The notes beneath the pieces are model-generated. The model was not told where the DNA came from. It searched no databases and saw only the letters and a list, made by a program, of their open reading frames with translations. Of a stretch of DNA of 64,000 nt, positions 24,498-38,891 are shown piece by piece (positions within the stretch are counted from its first letter, which is position 1; the number at the start of each line of letters is the position of its first letter). The position numbers and the translations under genes are program-made. The DNA lies in contig CM059432.1 of NCBI GenBank assembly GCA_030390025.1, positions 32,738,001 to 32,802,000 on the forward strand. The letters are read 5' to 3'. This DNA is from Squalus acanthias. Taxonomy: Eukaryota.

Positions 24498-27445
24498 ATG
24501 GCAGGGGGTTGGGAACCTGTGCAGGAAGACAGAGGAAAGGGAAGCAAGGATAGAAGCAAAAGACAGGAAGGAGAAAAGCAAAAGTGGAAGGCAGAGAAAT
24601 CAAGGGTGTAAATCAAACAGGGCCACAGTAAATAATAATTCTAAAAGGACTAAGAGTGTTAAAAAAAACAAGCTTGAAGGCTTTGTGTCTTAATGTGAGG
24701 AGCATTCGTAATAAGGTGGATGAATTAGCTGCACAAATGGATGTAAACGGATATGATATAATTGGGATTACAGAGACATGGCTCCAGGGTGACCAAGGCT
24801 GGGAATTCAACATCCAGGGGTATTCAATATTCAGGAAGGACAGGCAAAAAGGAAAAGGAGGTGGGGTAGCATTGCTGGTTAAAGAGGAGATTAACACAAT
24901 AGTAAGGAAGGATATTAGCTCTGATGATGTGGAATCTGTATGCGTCGAGCGGAGAAATACCATGGGGCAGAAAACGTTAGTGGGAGTTGTATACAGACCC
25001 CCAAACAGTAATGCTGAGGTTGGGGATGGCATTAAACGGGAAATTAGAGACGCGTGCGATAAGGGCATAGCAGTCATCATGGGTGACTTCAATCTACATA
25101 TAGATTGGGCTAACCAAGTTAGTAACAATACTGTGGAGGAGGAATTCCTAGATTGTATACGGGATGGTTTCCTGGACCAATATGTCGAGGAACCAACTTG
25201 AGATCAGGCCATCTTAGACTGGATATTATGTAATGAGAAAGGATTAATTAGCAATCTTGTTGTGCGAGGCCCCTTGGGGAGCAGCGATCATAATATGAAA
25301 GAATTCTTCATTAAGATGGAGAGTGAAGTAGTTGACTCAGAGACTACGGTCCTGAATTTAAATAAAGGAAACTACGATGGTATGAGGCACGAGTTGGCTA
25401 GGATGGATTGGGGAGCGTTACTTAAAGGGTTGACGGTGGATAGGCAATGGCAAACATTTAAAGATCGCATGGATGAACTACAGAATTTGTTCATCCCTGT
25501 TTGGCATAAAAATAAAACAAAAAAGGTGACTCAACCATGGCTAACAAGGGAAATTAGGGATAGCATAAGATCCAAAGAAAGGACATATAAATTGGCCAGA
25601 AAAAGTAGCAAACCTGAGGACTGGGAGCAGTTTAGGATTCAGCAAAGGAGGACAAAGGGATTAATTAAGAGGGGGAAAATAGAATATGAGAGTAAGCTTT
25701 CAGGGAACATAAAAACTGACTGTAAAAGCGTCTATAGATATGTGAATAGAAAAAGATTGGTGAAGTCAAGCGTAGGTCCCTTGCAGTCAGAATCAGGGGA
25801 ATTTATAATGGGGAACAAAGAAAGGGTAGACCAATTAAATACATACTTTGGTTCTGTCTTCACAAAGGAGGACACAAATAACTTCTCAGAGATGTCGGGG
25901 AACATAGGGTCTAATGAGAGGGAGGAATTGAATGAAATCAGTATTTGTAGGAAAATGGTTTTAGGGAAATTGACGGGATTGAAGGCCGATAAATCCCCAG
26001 GGCCTGATAATCTAAATCCTAGGGTACTTAAGGAAGTGGCCCTATCTTTCAAAATTCTATAGACTCTGGAACAGTTCCCATGGATTGGAGGGTAACTAAT
26101 GTAACCCCACTATTTAAAAAAGGTGGTAGAGAGAAAACGGGGAATTATAGACCGGTAAGCCTGACATCAGTAGTGGGGAAAATGCTAGAGTTCATTATAA
26201 AAGATGTAATAGCAGAGCACTTGGAAAACAGTGACAGGATCGGACAAAGTCAACATGGATTTACAAAAGGTAAATCGTGCTCGACTAATCTACTGGAATT
26301 TTTTGAGGATGTAACTGGTAGAATAGATAAGGGAGAACCAGTGGATGTGGTGTATTTGGACTTTCAGAAGGCTTTCGATAAGGACCCGCAGAAGAGATTG
26401 GCGTGCAAAGTTAAAGCACATGGGATTGGGGGTAAGGTACTGACTTGGATAGAGAACTGGTTGGCAGACAGGAAGCAAAGAGTTTGAATAAACGGGTCTT
26501 TTTCCGAGTGGCAGGCAGTGACTAGTGGGGTACCGCAGGGATCGGTGCTAGGACCCCAGCTATTCACAATATATATTAATGATCTAGACGAGGGAACTAG
26601 ATGTAATATCTCCAAGTTTGCAGAAGACACAAAGCTGGGTGGGCGTGTGTGCTGTGAGGAGGATGCAGAGAAACTCCAGTATGATTTGGACAGGTTGGGT
26701 GATTGGGCAGATGCAGTATAATGTGAATAAATGTGAGGTTATCCACTTTGGTGGCAAAAACAGGAAGATAGATTATTATCTGAACAGCAATAGATTGGGA
26801 AAAGGGGAAGTGCAACGAGACCTGGGCGTCCTTGTGCACCAGTCGCTGAAGGTAAGCATGCAGGTGCAGCAGGCGGTTAAGAAGGCAAATGGTATGTTGG
26901 CCTTCATAGCGAGAGGATTCGAGTACAGGAGCAAGGATGTCTTGCTGCAGTTGTACAGGGCCTTGGTGAGACCACACCTTGAGTATTGTGTGCAGTTTTG
27001 GTTGCCTTATCTGAGGAAGGATGTTCTTGCCATGGAGGGAGTGCAGCGAAGATTCACCAGACTGATACCTGGGATGGCAGGAATGATGTATGAAGAGAGA
27101 TTGGGTTGATTAGGCTTATATTCGCTAGAGTTTAGAAGAATGAGAGGGGATCTCATTGAAACTTATAAAATTCTAACAGGACTAGACAGACTAGATGCAG
27201 GAAGGATGTTCTCGATGGCGGGGGAGTCCAGAACCAGAGGTCACAGTCTAAGGATAAGGGGTAAGCCATTTAGGACTGAGATAAGGAGGAATTTCTTCAC
27301 CCAGAGAGTGGTGAACCTGTGGAATTCTCTACCACAGAAGGCAGTTGAAGCCAATTCATTAAATATATTCAAGAAGGAGTTAGATATATTTCTTAAGACT
27401 AAAGGGACCAAGGGATATGGGGAGAAAGCAGGGACAGGGTACTGA
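24498..27445 (+). pseudogene. CR1 ORF2 (APE endonuclease + reverse transcriptase), disrupted
   Basis: LNVRSIRNK, GITETWL, GDFN, SDHN, QGSVLGP; FAED in place of FADD; stops at 25199, 26485 and 27107; deletions near 26044 and 26710. Confidence 0.93.
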
Positions 27446-28763
27446 ATTTGGATGATCAGCCGTGATCTCATTAAATGGCGGAACAGGCTCGAGGGGCCGA
27501 ATGGACTACTCCTGCTCCTATCTTCTATGTTTCTATTAATTCTTTAAATGATAGCCATTGCTTGTCTACCATCATACCTTTTAATGTAGTTTCCCAATCT
27601 ACCTTAGCCAACTCGCCCCTCATACCTATGTAGTTTGCTTTGTTTTGATTTAAGACCCGAGTTTTGGATTTAACTAAATCACTTTCAAACTCAATATAAA
27701 ATTCTATCATACTATGGTCACTCTTCCCTGAAGGCCCCTTTACTACAAGGTTATTAATTAACCCTTTGTCATTGCTCAATACTAGATCTAAAATAGCTTG
27801 TTCCCTGGTTGGTTCCTCAACATACTGATCTAGAAAACTATCTTGCAAACATTCCATGATTCGTCCTCCACACTCTTACTGCAAATTTGGTTTGCCCAGT
27901 CTATATGTGGATTAAAGTCCCCCATGATTACTGCATTACCCTTTTTACATGCGCCTCGAATTTCCTGATTTATACTCTGCCCTACATTACAACTACTGTT
28001 TGGGGGGGCCTATAAACAACTCCCACCAATGTTTTCTGTTTGCTGTTTCTTAGCTCCACCCAAACTGATTCGACTTCTTATATTCTGAGCTAAGATCCTT
28101 TCTCTCTACTGTCTTTATCCCATCCTTTATCAGGGTTACCCCTCCTCCTTTTCCATTTTGCCTATCTCTTCTAAAAGTTAAGTATCCTGGAGTTACTTAG
28201 TTCCCAACCTTGGCCACTTTGCAACCACGATTCCATTATGGCTATTCGATCAAACTTGTTCATTTCTATCTGCGCTCTTAATTCATCTATTTTGTTGCGA
28301 ATGCTTCGCGCATCCAGATATAGTGCCTTTAGCTTTGACTTATTTCTATTTTTCCCTGATGTCACCTTAGTCACTGATGCCTTATTACGTTTGTTACTCT
28401 CTCTGTCCCTTCCTGACCCACTCTGCTTATTTTTATCCAAAACTCTACTCTGCTCTACTGCCTTGACATTTCTCTCACTGCTTTTAAATTTACTCTTTCC
28501 TAAATCCTCCCACCCCCCCTTCATTAGTTTAAAGCCCTGTCTACTGCCCTAGTTATTCGGTTCGCCAGGACACTAGTCCCAGCCCGGTTTACGTGGCGCC
28601 CGTCCCAACGGAACAGCTCCCTCTTTCCCCAGTACTGGTGACCGTGCCCCATGAACTGAAACCCCTTCCTCCTACACCACTCTTTGAACCACGCATTTAA
28701 ACCTCTAATCTGTTTGTCCCTGTGCCAATTTACGCGAGGCTCAGTTAACAATCCAGAGATTAT

Positions 28764-28996
28764 GGGGGAAAAATTGGGTGTCGCCCATTTTGGGGCACTA
28801 ATATCGGCCGGGCGCAAAGTTTAGCGCCCGGCGCTAATTATCGCCTCCGACTGCAAAATTCGTCTCTATCGCCCCATGAGGTGATTTGAGCGCTAAATCA
28901 GCCGCTACACACCTCTCAAGGCACAAACGTCAGGGAGCGAGGCGCTACCTCAGAACGATACCGAAGCTCAGACGATGACAGTTACCATGGAAGCCA
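28764..28996. mobile_element. GC/CpG-rich foreign segment, probable one-ended Harbinger-type MITE replacing part of CR1 ORF1
   Basis: Starts GGGGGAAAAATT with repeated GGCGC/GCGCC palindromic motifs; the ORF1 GDS/GTND region is missing across it. Confidence 0.5.
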
Positions 28997-31274
28997 GACA
29001 CACAGGCAGCAAGAACCTCATACCTGTTGGGCAAAGGCAAAGGCTGAGGCTCCTCCAGCACTGCACCTGGGGTCCCCTTACCTGCCTGAGTTGTAGTCAC
29101 ACCCTCCTGTCCCTGACCACTAACCAGACCCGTACCACTACCTAACCTAAGGGGTGTGACTGCCTTCTGGATCAAAGTGTCTAGGTAACTCTCCCCATCC
29201 TGATGCCCCACAACGTCTGCACCTCAGACTCCAGCTCAAGAACTCTGAGCTGAAGTTCAAGATGCAGGCACTTACTGCAAACGTGGTTGTCTGGGATCAC
29301 AATGCTCTCCACAAACTCCCACATGCTGCAGTTGCAGCACACCACCTGCACTGCCATCCCTATATGGCCTTGTTTTATTTAATTAAATTTGTATTTAGGT
29401 AACTTAAGTTTACAGTGTAGTTTCTTGACTACTTACTTGATCTAGATTAAGTTAAGGGTACTGAAATTAAATATTTACCTGTAACACAAAGCACTACAAG
29501 TAGTGTAGGCAAAAAGCAGCAACTCCTTCCCCTTCTTCTCCAAATTCCCACTCTTTCCACATTCTTAAATAAAACACTCAGTTCAAGTTCACTCCGTTTA
29601 ATCCCGCTCTGTGCAGACCGTCCTTTGAGCTCTTTGCAATGCCTGTCTTTTTATATGTAGAACAACCAGGAAATAAGCACAATACTCCAAATATGTTTCA
29701 ACATTGCAGAGTGTCAATATTACATACTTAGACTTGTATACCTTAACATTCCGCTTGGCTCGGTAATTGCTACTACAGAATGCGGTGAACCTTTCACCCT
29801 CTGGCTAAATTATGTGGTGAGACTTTCACCTTCTGAGCAATCGTTTTTTCCTGCGGCACCTCAATATACTCATTACATAATCTTAGAACTGATGGACTTG
29901 GTTTTACATTTCTTAGCGTTAAATGCTATTTGCTATTGATCTATCCAGCAATAGCTATCTCCTTGGGCATTCTTGTTTTATCACACAGATTTGGTGTGAT
30001 CTGTGAATAGTATCGTCATGGAGGTTGTCAGAAAATATTATGAACAAATATTTGAGGATAACCTTGAAGTAAGGAGCGATGTAGCAAGGCAGAGAGATAG
30101 GAAGAGGAGCTGGACTGAAGATGGCAAGATACACTGTTCCCAGATTTGTTAATGTCAGGTATTAGTGGCCAACTTCTACTGACTGCTTTTCCAATCTTGT
30201 TGGTAAAATGGACATTAAAAGCTATCCTACACTGATGTCTCAACTAATCCACTGAGCTAGTCATTTATAACTCGAACCAGTCAACAAAATTATTAAGAAC
30301 AAATGCGCAATACTTCATATATATATAGGGCCAGTGAGAGGCGCATTATCATGATAGAAAAGCTGGTATCAGTAAAAGTGATCATGAAGCTGTCGGATTG
30401 TCGTAAAAACCAAATGGTTTACGAATGACCTTTAAGGAAGGAAACCTGCCGTCCTGACCCGGTCTGACCTGTATGTAGGCATGCTTCATATACTTCACAC
30501 AAATGTTTGTTTATATACAGAAGTACAAACCTGTAATTTTGGTCACAGATTTAATGATAAAGATCAATAAAGCTAATGGACAAAGAAATGCATCATTTGT
30601 CTGGACAGTTAGGTAAACTGGACAAAAACAGTTTTTCCAAACCAAATGCATTAAAAGCAATACATGTTTTGTGGGTTGTAGTAGATAGAAATAATTGATT
30701 ACTTTATTTAGATTGACTGTAGTTGCAGGAAATGTAGACAAATTAGCCATGATTTAACTGCTTCCGGAATAATGTTGCTTTCTATAGCACAAGTTACAAC
30801 TTTATGCACTTGAGCTCTTAATCAGAATCCATGGTCAGTAATTTGTACTTGCTACTTACAATGAATGATTAAGTAAGTTGTATCACAAGTATTCAGATGA
30901 CTGTCAAAAAACTGACAAGCATCTATAAGTGTTCATTTTAAAACATTTTTTAAAGTTTTAGAAAAGTTGCTGTTGGAATACCAAAAAAGTCAAGGACAAG
31001 AAAAGGCCAGTCAATTGATGATAAACCCTCTAGCACCCGTTGCTCTCAATATGAGGATTGCTATACAAATGCTAGTTCTCACCCAATTAGCATCCAACTG
31101 TGTTTTGAACTTCCTTGATATTTTTGTCTCCAGTATTATATTAATGTGACCGTTTATCACTCAAAGGCAGTTATTGACGGTGCTTTTCTTGCTTATAATG
31201 GGCATAAATTAGCATAGTTCAGCATTCGCTGTACTTATAAAAACCCAGAGTCTCATAAGGTAAAGAAGGTAACA

Positions 31275-31685
31275 TTAATAACAGGAGTAGGCTATTCAGG
31301 CCCTGGGGCCTGTACTGCCATTCAATCAGATCATAGCTGATCTGCACCTCAACTCCATTTTCCCAACTTTCCTCCATATCCCTTGATACCCTTACCTAAC
31401 AAAAAATTACCTATCTCTGACTTGAAAGCATCCACACAATTTGAGGACAGTTCCAAATTTCTACTACCCTTTATATAAAAAAGTGCTTTCTGATTTTACT
31501 CCTGAATGGCCTATCTCTAATTTTAAAATTATGTCCCTTCGTTTTTGATGCCCCATCAGAGGAAATAGTTTCGCCTTATCTATCCTATCAAATCCTTTAA
31601 ACATTTTAAACACCTCAGTCAGATCATCCCTCAATCGCCTATACGCAAGGGAATACAAGTCAAGTTTATACAACCTGTCCTCACA
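31275..31685 (-). mobile_element. CR1 3' fragment
   Basis: LYSLAYRRLRDDLTEVFK motif and CR1 3' UTR. Confidence 0.85.
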
Positions 31686-32014
31686 ATGTACTTACACACT
31701 AATATTATTTTTAAATGTAATCACATTATAATATAATTGCAAAGGCCACAGCATCCATGCTGGAAATTATTTCGCAAGAAGTAGCTCACAAAGATCAAAT
31801 GAATTTCATTAAAACTAGAACAGTTTCACACAAAGTAGAGATTGTTCTCTCTGATCAAAGGGGCAGGATGGGCTCTCTGAAGCAAAAGTCATCCCTTGTG
31901 AACATTTAAAACCAGCCAAAACAAAAATCCAACCACATCAGTTACCTGGACCAACCTGTTTGGGAGGACATAAATTTCACATAAAAACAAATAGGGCTGT
32001 CACTATCTCACTTC

Positions 32015-32518
32015 ATACAGTCATAACGGCACAGAAGGAGGCCATTCGGCCCATCGAGTCCGTGCCGGCTCTCTGCAGAGCAATTCAGTCAGTCCCATTC
32101 CCCCGCTCTATCCCCGTAGCCCTGCAAATTTATTTCTCTCAAGTGCCTATCCAGACTCCCCTTGAAAACATTGAGTGTCTCCGTTTCCACCACTTCCGTC
32201 GGCAGCGAGTTCCAGGTCCTCACCACTCGCTGCATAAAAAAGTTTTTCCTCACATCCCCCCTGTATCTCTTGCCCAATACCTTAAATCTGTGTCCCCTAG
32301 TCCTTGTACCATCAACTAGTGGGAACAGCCTTTCCCTGTCATAATCTTGTACACCTCTATCAAATCACCCCTCCACCTCCTTTGCTCTAAAGAAAACAAA
32401 TTCAGCTTCTCCAACCTGTCCTTGTAGCTAAGATCCCCCATCCCCGGAACCATTCTGGTAAATCTCCTCTGCACCCTCTCAAGGGTTTTCACATCCTTCC
32501 TAAAGTGTGGTGACCAGT
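32015..32518 (-). mobile_element. CR1 3' fragment (different subfamily)
   Basis: NFFMQRVVRTWNSLP motif; 3' hairpin GGCCATTCGGCC. Confidence 0.85.
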
Positions 32519-32781
32519 CCCTAATTTTAGTCTTTTAAAATCTACACAGGAAGTAATTGGACAAGATGCCATTTCCAGCTGAGGTTAGAACATTAACCAG
32601 GACCAAGTGCAATGTGATGATTCCATCGGAAGAAAATAGAACCAGAGGATGTAAATGGAAATCATTGAAAAGCAAATTTAGCATAGATTTCACTAAAGAT
32701 GTGTTTACTCAAATTTGGAGTGATTTCACTGGGTCTGGTGGGGAATCCAGAACAAGTAGGCCCCACTCCAGGTACTTAAGC

Positions 32782-34378
32782 CAGTCTTCAGCCAATTCGA
32801 TTTACTCCACGTGATATCAAGAAACGGCTGAGTGCACTGGATACAGCAAAGGCTATGGGCCCCGACAACATCCCGGCTATCATGCTGAAGAATTGTGCTC
32901 CAGAACTAGCCGCGCCTCTAGCCAAGCTGTTCCAGTACAGCTACAAAACTGGCATCTATCCGACAATGTGGAAAACTGCCCAGGTATGTCCTGTCCACAA
33001 AAAGGACAAATCCAACTCGGCCAATTACCGCCCCATCAGTCTACTCTCAATCATCAGCACAGTGATGGAAGGTGTCATCGACAGTGCTATCAAGCAGCAC
33101 TTACTCACCAACAACCTGTTCACTGATGCTCAGTTTGGGTTCTGCCAAGACCACTCGGCTCCCGACCTCATTACAGCCTTGGTCCAAACATGGACAAAGG
33201 AGTTGAATTCCAGAGGTGAGGGGAGAGTGACTGCCCTTGACATCAAGGCAGCATTTGACCAAGTGTTGCATCAAGGAGCCCTACTAAAACTGAAGTCAAT
33301 GGGAATCAGGGGGAAAACGCTCCACTGGAAGGAGTCATACCTAGCACAAAGGAAGATGGTTGTGGTGATTGAAGGTCAATCATCACAGCCCCAGGACATC
33401 GCTGCAGGAGTTCCTCAGGGCAGTGTCCTAGGCCCAACCATCTTCAGCTGCTTCATCAATGACCTTCCCTCCAACATAAGGTCAGAAATGGGGATGTTCG
33501 CTGATGACTGCACAGTGTTCAGTGCCATTCACAACTCCTCAGATAATAAAGCAGTCCATGCCCGCATGCAACAAGACCTGGACGACATTCAGGCTTGAGC
33601 TGATAAGTGGCAGGTAACATGCACGCCACAGAAGTGCCAGGCAATGACTATCTCCAACAAGCAAGAGTCTAACCACCTCCCCATGACATTCAACGGCATT
33701 ACCATCGCCGAATCCCCCACCATCAACATCCTGGGGGGGTCACCATTGACCAGAAACTTAACTGGACCAGCCACATAAATACTGTGGCAACAAGAGCAGG
33801 TCAGAGGCTAGGTATTCTGCGGTGTGTGTCTCCCCAAAGCCTTTCCACCATCTACAAGGCACAAGTAAGGAGTGTGATGGAATACTCTCCACTTGCCTGG
33901 ATGAGTGCAGCTGCAACAACACTCAAGAAGCTCGACAATATCCAGGACAAAGCAGCCGTTTGATTGACACCCCATCCACCACCTTAAACATTCGCTCCCT
34001 CCACCACCGGCGTACCGTGGCTGCAGTGTGTACCATCTACAAGATGCACTGCGCAACTCGCCAAGGCTTCTTCGGCAGCACCTCCCAAACCCGCGACCTC
34101 TTCCACCTAGAAGGACAAGGGCAGCAGGCACATGGGAACACCACCACCTCCAAGTTTCACACCATCCTGACTTAGAAGTATATCGCCGATCCTTCATCGT
34201 CGCTGGGTCAAAATCCTGGAACTCCCTACCGAACAGCACTGTGGGAGTACCTTCACCACACAGACTGCAGCGGTTCAAGGTGGTTCACCACCACTTTCTC
34301 AAGGGCAACTAGGGATGGGCAATAAATGCTGGCCTTGCCAGCGACACCCACATCCCATGCGAATAAAAAAAATAAAAA
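32782..34378 (+). mobile_element. Family B LINE, 5'-truncated, inserted into a Deu-SINE
   Basis: RT ORF 32855-33598; flanked by SINE sequence CCCACTCCAGGTACTTAAGC before and AATCTAGGTTGACACTCC after. Confidence 0.92.
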
Positions 34379-34742
34379 TCTAGGTTGACACTCCAGTGCA
34401 GTACAGAGGGAGTGTTGCACTGTTGGCGGTGTCGTCTTTCGGATGAGACTGAGGTCCCAACTGCTCTCTCAGGTTGGTATAAAACATTCCATGGCAGTAT
34501 TTTGAAGAGGAGCAGGGGAGTTCACCAGTGTCCTGGCCAATATTTATCACTCAATCAACATCACTAAAAAACAGATCATCTGGTCATTATCACATTGCTG
34601 TTTTGGGACCTTGCTGTGCCCAAATTGGCTGCCATGTTTCTTACAACAGTGACTACACTTCAAAAGTACTTCATTGGCTGTAAAGCGCTTTGGGACATTG
34701 AGGTTGTGAAATACGCTATATAAATGCATGTTTTTCTTTCTT
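34379..34742 (+). mobile_element. Deu-SINE body and tail
   Basis: GTCGTCTTTCGGATGAGAC core, AAGTACTTCATTGGCTGTAAAG tail. Confidence 0.88.
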
Positions 34743-34744
34743 AA

Positions 34745-35228
34745 GAACTTAAGAAATAGAAGCAGGAGTCAGCCATATGGCCCTTCGAGCCTGCTCTGCC
34801 ATTCAATAAGGTCATGGCTGATCCTTGACCTCAACTCCACTTTCCCGCCCGATTCCCATATCCCTTGATTCCCTTAAGAGTCCAAAAATCTATCGATCTC
34901 AGCCTTGAATATTCTCAATGACTGAGCATCCACAGCCCACAGCCCACGAGAATTCCAAAGGTTCACAACCCTTTCAGCAAAGAAATTTCTCCTCATTTCA
35001 GTCCTAAATGGCCGACCCCTTAGTTTGAGACTATGCCCCCTAGTTCTAGACTCTCCAGCCAGGGTAAACAGACTCTCAGCATCTACTCTGTCAAGCTCTC
35101 TCAGAATCTTGTATGTTTCAATGAGATCACCTCTCATTCTTCTAAACTCCACAGTATAGGCCTATTCCACTCAATCTCTCCTCATAGGACAACCTTCTCA
35201 TCCCAGGAATCAATCTAGTGAACCTCTA
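34745..35228 (-). mobile_element. CR1 3' fragment
   Basis: ORF 34874-35152 EFRRMRGDLIETYK..RTRGH. Confidence 0.9.
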
Positions 35229-35229
35229 A

Positions 35230-35493
35230 TCTTTAATCTTAATATTAGAGTAGGCCAATTAAGAGTGAAATCAGCAAGTATTTTTTCCCACACAAAGGGT
35301 AGTGGAAATCTTGAAAACTCTCCCTTAAAAGGCTGTGGATGCTGGGTCAATTGAAATTTTCAAGATTGAGACCAATAGATTTTTGTCAGGGATACAGAGA
35401 AAGGCGGGTAAATGGAATTGAGAAACAGATTAGCCATAACTGAATAGGCTCGAGGGGCTGAATGGACTACTCCAGTTCTTCTGACTTCCTATG
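35230..35493 (+). mobile_element. CR1 3' fragment, older
   Basis: CACAAAGGGTAGTGGAAATC..GGCTCGAGGGGCTGAATGG 3' UTR. Confidence 0.75.
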
Positions 35494-36029
35494 ACCCCTG
35501 ATCCTTGTCACTGATAGCTGTTTGATGGCTCCCATTTTCAAATGGTCATTTTGGGATATCATAGTTAGTAATTTTTGGTTTGCATTGCTACTTACTTATT
35601 TCTATGTTCACCACCTCTCTAATTGTAATTTGTTGTAGTTTTATGCATATTCTCAGCAACACTGCTGTGGGGAAGATGAGGAAAAAATAAAAATCTGATT
35701 GAGTGTCATCATCAGGTTGCTGGTTAGTGCCTTACAGCAGACAGGTGAAGAGTGATAGCAGTAGAGGTCCGAGAGGCTTGCCCTCAATGACAGATGATAC
35801 AGTGCATGAGGCTTAGCAAGACCAAAACGGGTCAGACGGAGTAGAGAGGCTCATATGCTCACACACAAAAAAAGCGAATAGATACGTAGAAATGATTTCA
35901 AGAATATAATGAGTAATTTTGCAGTCAGATGTGCCAATCTCACAGACATTATTTGAGGGGGAGGTGGTTGGCAAAATTCTGGAAGTAGGTCTTGCGCCTA
36001 CTCTGTGCTAGAATTATGTTAACAGAGAA

Positions 36030-38445
36030 AACATAGGAACAGGAGTAGGCCATTCAACCCCTGAAGCCATTGAATTAGATCATGGCTGATCTGCACCTCA
36101 GCTCCATTTATTCACCTTTCTGCCTATCTCCATACTCTTATCTCATAAAAATCTACTGATCTCAGCCCTGAAAATTTCAATTGAGCTAGCAACCGCAATC
36201 GTTTTAGGGAGAGTTCCAGATTTGCATTACCCTTTGTGTGAAAAAGTGCCTCATGATTTTACTCCTAAATGGCCTAGCTCTAATTTTAAGATTATGCCCC
36301 TTTGTTCTGGATTCGCCTACAAGAGGAAATAGTTTCTCTGTATTCTACCCTATCCAACACTATAATTTTAAAGACTGCAATTAGATATCCCCTCAATTTT
36401 ATAAACTTTTATAAACAAGGAGTTTCTACAACCTGTCCTCATAATTTAACCCTTTAAGCTCCAGTATAATTTTGTTGAATCTGCACTGTATCCCCTCCAA
36501 CGTCAATATATCCTTCCTAAGGTGCCCAAAACTAAATGCGGTACTTCAGATGTGGTCTGATCAAAGCTCTATAAAATGGAGGCATAACTTCCTCCCCTTT
36601 GTATCCCAGCTCCATTGAGATAAAGAGTAACATCCCATCAGCCTTTTTGATTACTTTTTGCACCTATGCACTAGCTTTTAATGATATATACATGGACACC
36701 CAAACCCCTTTGTTCCTCCAGATCCTAATTTTGCACCATTAAGAAAATATTCTGATTTGCCTTTCTTGGATCTAAAGTGGATGATCCCACACTTCCCCAA
36801 ATTGAACTCCATTTGCTATAGTTTTGCCCACTCATTTAATCTCTCTAGGTGCATCCTAACTTAGTATCTTCTGCAAACTTTGACTTCCTCGTCCTTCTTG
36901 ACTTGTCTGCAGACTTTGACACGGTTGACCACTCCATCCTTCTCCAACGCCTCTCCACCGTTGTCCAGCTGGGTGGGACTGCACTCGCCTGGTTCCATTC
37001 TTATCTATCTAATCGTAACCAGAGAATCACCTGCAACGGCTTCTCTTCTTGCTCCCGCATCGTTACCTCTGGTGTCCCCCAAGGATCTATCCTTGGCCCC
37101 CTCCTATTTCTCATTTACATGTTGCCCCTTGGCGACATTATCCGAAAGCAGTGTCAGTTTCCACATGTACGCTGATGACACCCAGCTCTACCTCACTACC
37201 TCTTCTCTCGACCCCTCCACAGTGGGGAGGGGTCAAGACAGCTTGTCCGACATAACAGTTCCGAATGAGCAAAAATTTTCTCCAATTAAATATTGGGAAG
37301 ACCGAAGCCATTGTTTTCGGTCCCTGCCACAAACTCTGTTCCCTAGCGACTGACTCCATCCCTCTCCCTAACATCTGTCTGAAGCTGAACCACACTGTTC
37401 GCAACCTTGGTGTCATATCTGACCCTGAAATGAGCTTCCAACCACATATCCACAGCATAACAAAGACCGCCTACTTCCACCTCCGTAACATCTCCTGTCT
37501 CCGCCCTTGCCTCACCTCATCCGCTGCTGAAACTCTCATTTGCCTTTGTTACCTCTAGACTTGACTATTCCAAAGCACTCCTGGCTGGCCTCCTACATTC
37601 CACCCTACGTAAACTTGAGGTCATCCAAAACTCGGCTGCCTGTGTCCTAACTCGCACCAAGTCCTGTTCGCCCATTTCCCCTGTGCTCGCTGATCTACAT
37701 TGGCTCCCGGTTAAGCAGCGCCTCGATTTTAAAATTCTCATCCTTGTTTTCAAATCCCCCATGGCATCGCCCCTTCCTATCTCTGGAATCTCCTTCAACC
37801 CCACAACCCCCCAATATATCTGCGCTCCTCTAATTCTGCCCTCTTGAGCATCCCTGATTATAAATCGCTCAACCTTTGGTGGCCGTGCCTTCTGTTGCCT
37901 AGGCCCTAAGTTCTGAAATTCCCTGCCTAAACCTCTCCGCCTCGCTATCTCTCTTTCCTCCTTTAAGACGCTCCTTAAAACCTACCTCTTTGACCAAGCT
38001 TTTGGTCACCTGCCCTAATTTATCCTTATGTGGCTCGGTGTCAAATTTTTTGTCTTAAAATACTCCAGTGCAGCGCCTTGGGACGTTTTACTACGTTAAA
38101 TACAAGTTGTTGTTATAACTCTCTAGACCTTCATCCAAGTCATTGATATGCATGGCGAAAAGCTGGAGCTCGAGTACAGATACCCAGGGAAACACCACAT
38201 CACAGCCTGCCAATTAGAGCATGTTCCTTTTATCCCTACTTTTTATCTTCGACATCTCAACCAATTACCAACCCATGTCCTAAGGTTACCGCCAATTCCA
38301 TGTGCTTTCATTTTTGGTATTAATCTTTTGCGCAGAACCTTATTAAATGCCTTCTGGGAATCCATATAGTTAACATCCATAAACTTGCTTATCTACCATG
38401 TTCATGACCTCCTCAAAAAACTCTAGGTTAGTCAGACACGATCTA
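36030..38445 (-). mobile_element. Older CR1 RT region interrupted by L2 (pieces 36030-36884, 38116-38445)
   Basis: Tail at 36030; FAEDTKL next to 36884; resumes with INDLDEG and DSQKAFNKV after 38116. Confidence 0.8.
36885..38115 (+). mobile_element. L2-clade LINE, 5'-truncated, nested in CR1
   Basis: LLDLSADFDTVDH, GVPQGSILGP, YADDTQLY; (TTG)n tail. Confidence 0.93.
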
Positions 38446-38891
38446 TCTGATGATTATGGCCATTTTACTGTGGGTTTGCGGGAGCTATCATCCACATTGT
38501 GCAACAGCGTCATTTAGCCCTTAATAAAATTTACTTGGCCCGGGTTTGCATGGGAAACGTGCATGCATTGCTTTAAACCTTCAAAAAAAATGCTTGGAGT
38601 AGAAGGCCCTTCTTGTCTTTTGAATTTTGACCTGCCTTAAAGTGGAGTTGTTTTGTTTCAGGATTGATTTACACATAATCAAATTTTTTTTAACTTTTTG
38701 GCTTCTTTTCTCCATTTTGCATTTGTTTATTCTTTTGTTTTTGGCTTATTTTCTGTATCGGTTTGTTTTTTTAAGATTGTAACATTTCAGGGAGCTTAAA
38801 ATGTATTTTAAACACACGCAAGTGTTAAGATGAAGATGGTTATTCTGCTGGTAATTCGAGAGAACTTGAGGATGAGGAATTGCTGCAGAGG

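Larger units (their letters stand above)
23001..27536 (+). mobile_element. Full-length CR1 LINE (5' UTR tandem repeats, ORF1, ORF2, tail) nested in the opposite-strand CR1
   Basis: ORF1 23546-24496; ORF2 from ATG 24498 to 27445 with stops and deletions; TTCTATGTTTCTAT tail. Confidence 0.96.
20272..29620 (-). mobile_element. Full-length but disrupted CR1 LINE hosting three insertions
   Basis: 3' tail at 20272; RT 20422-21857; endonuclease 27537-28330; ORF1 from the ATG at 29357 (MAVQVVCCNCSMWE..HVCSKC); collinear across the inserts at 21977, 23001 and 28764. Confidence 0.92.

Noticed and set aside
30375..30480. Short segment resembling a common shark SINE-like repeat
   Set aside because: Single, short and recognised only from memory; cannot be classified from this window
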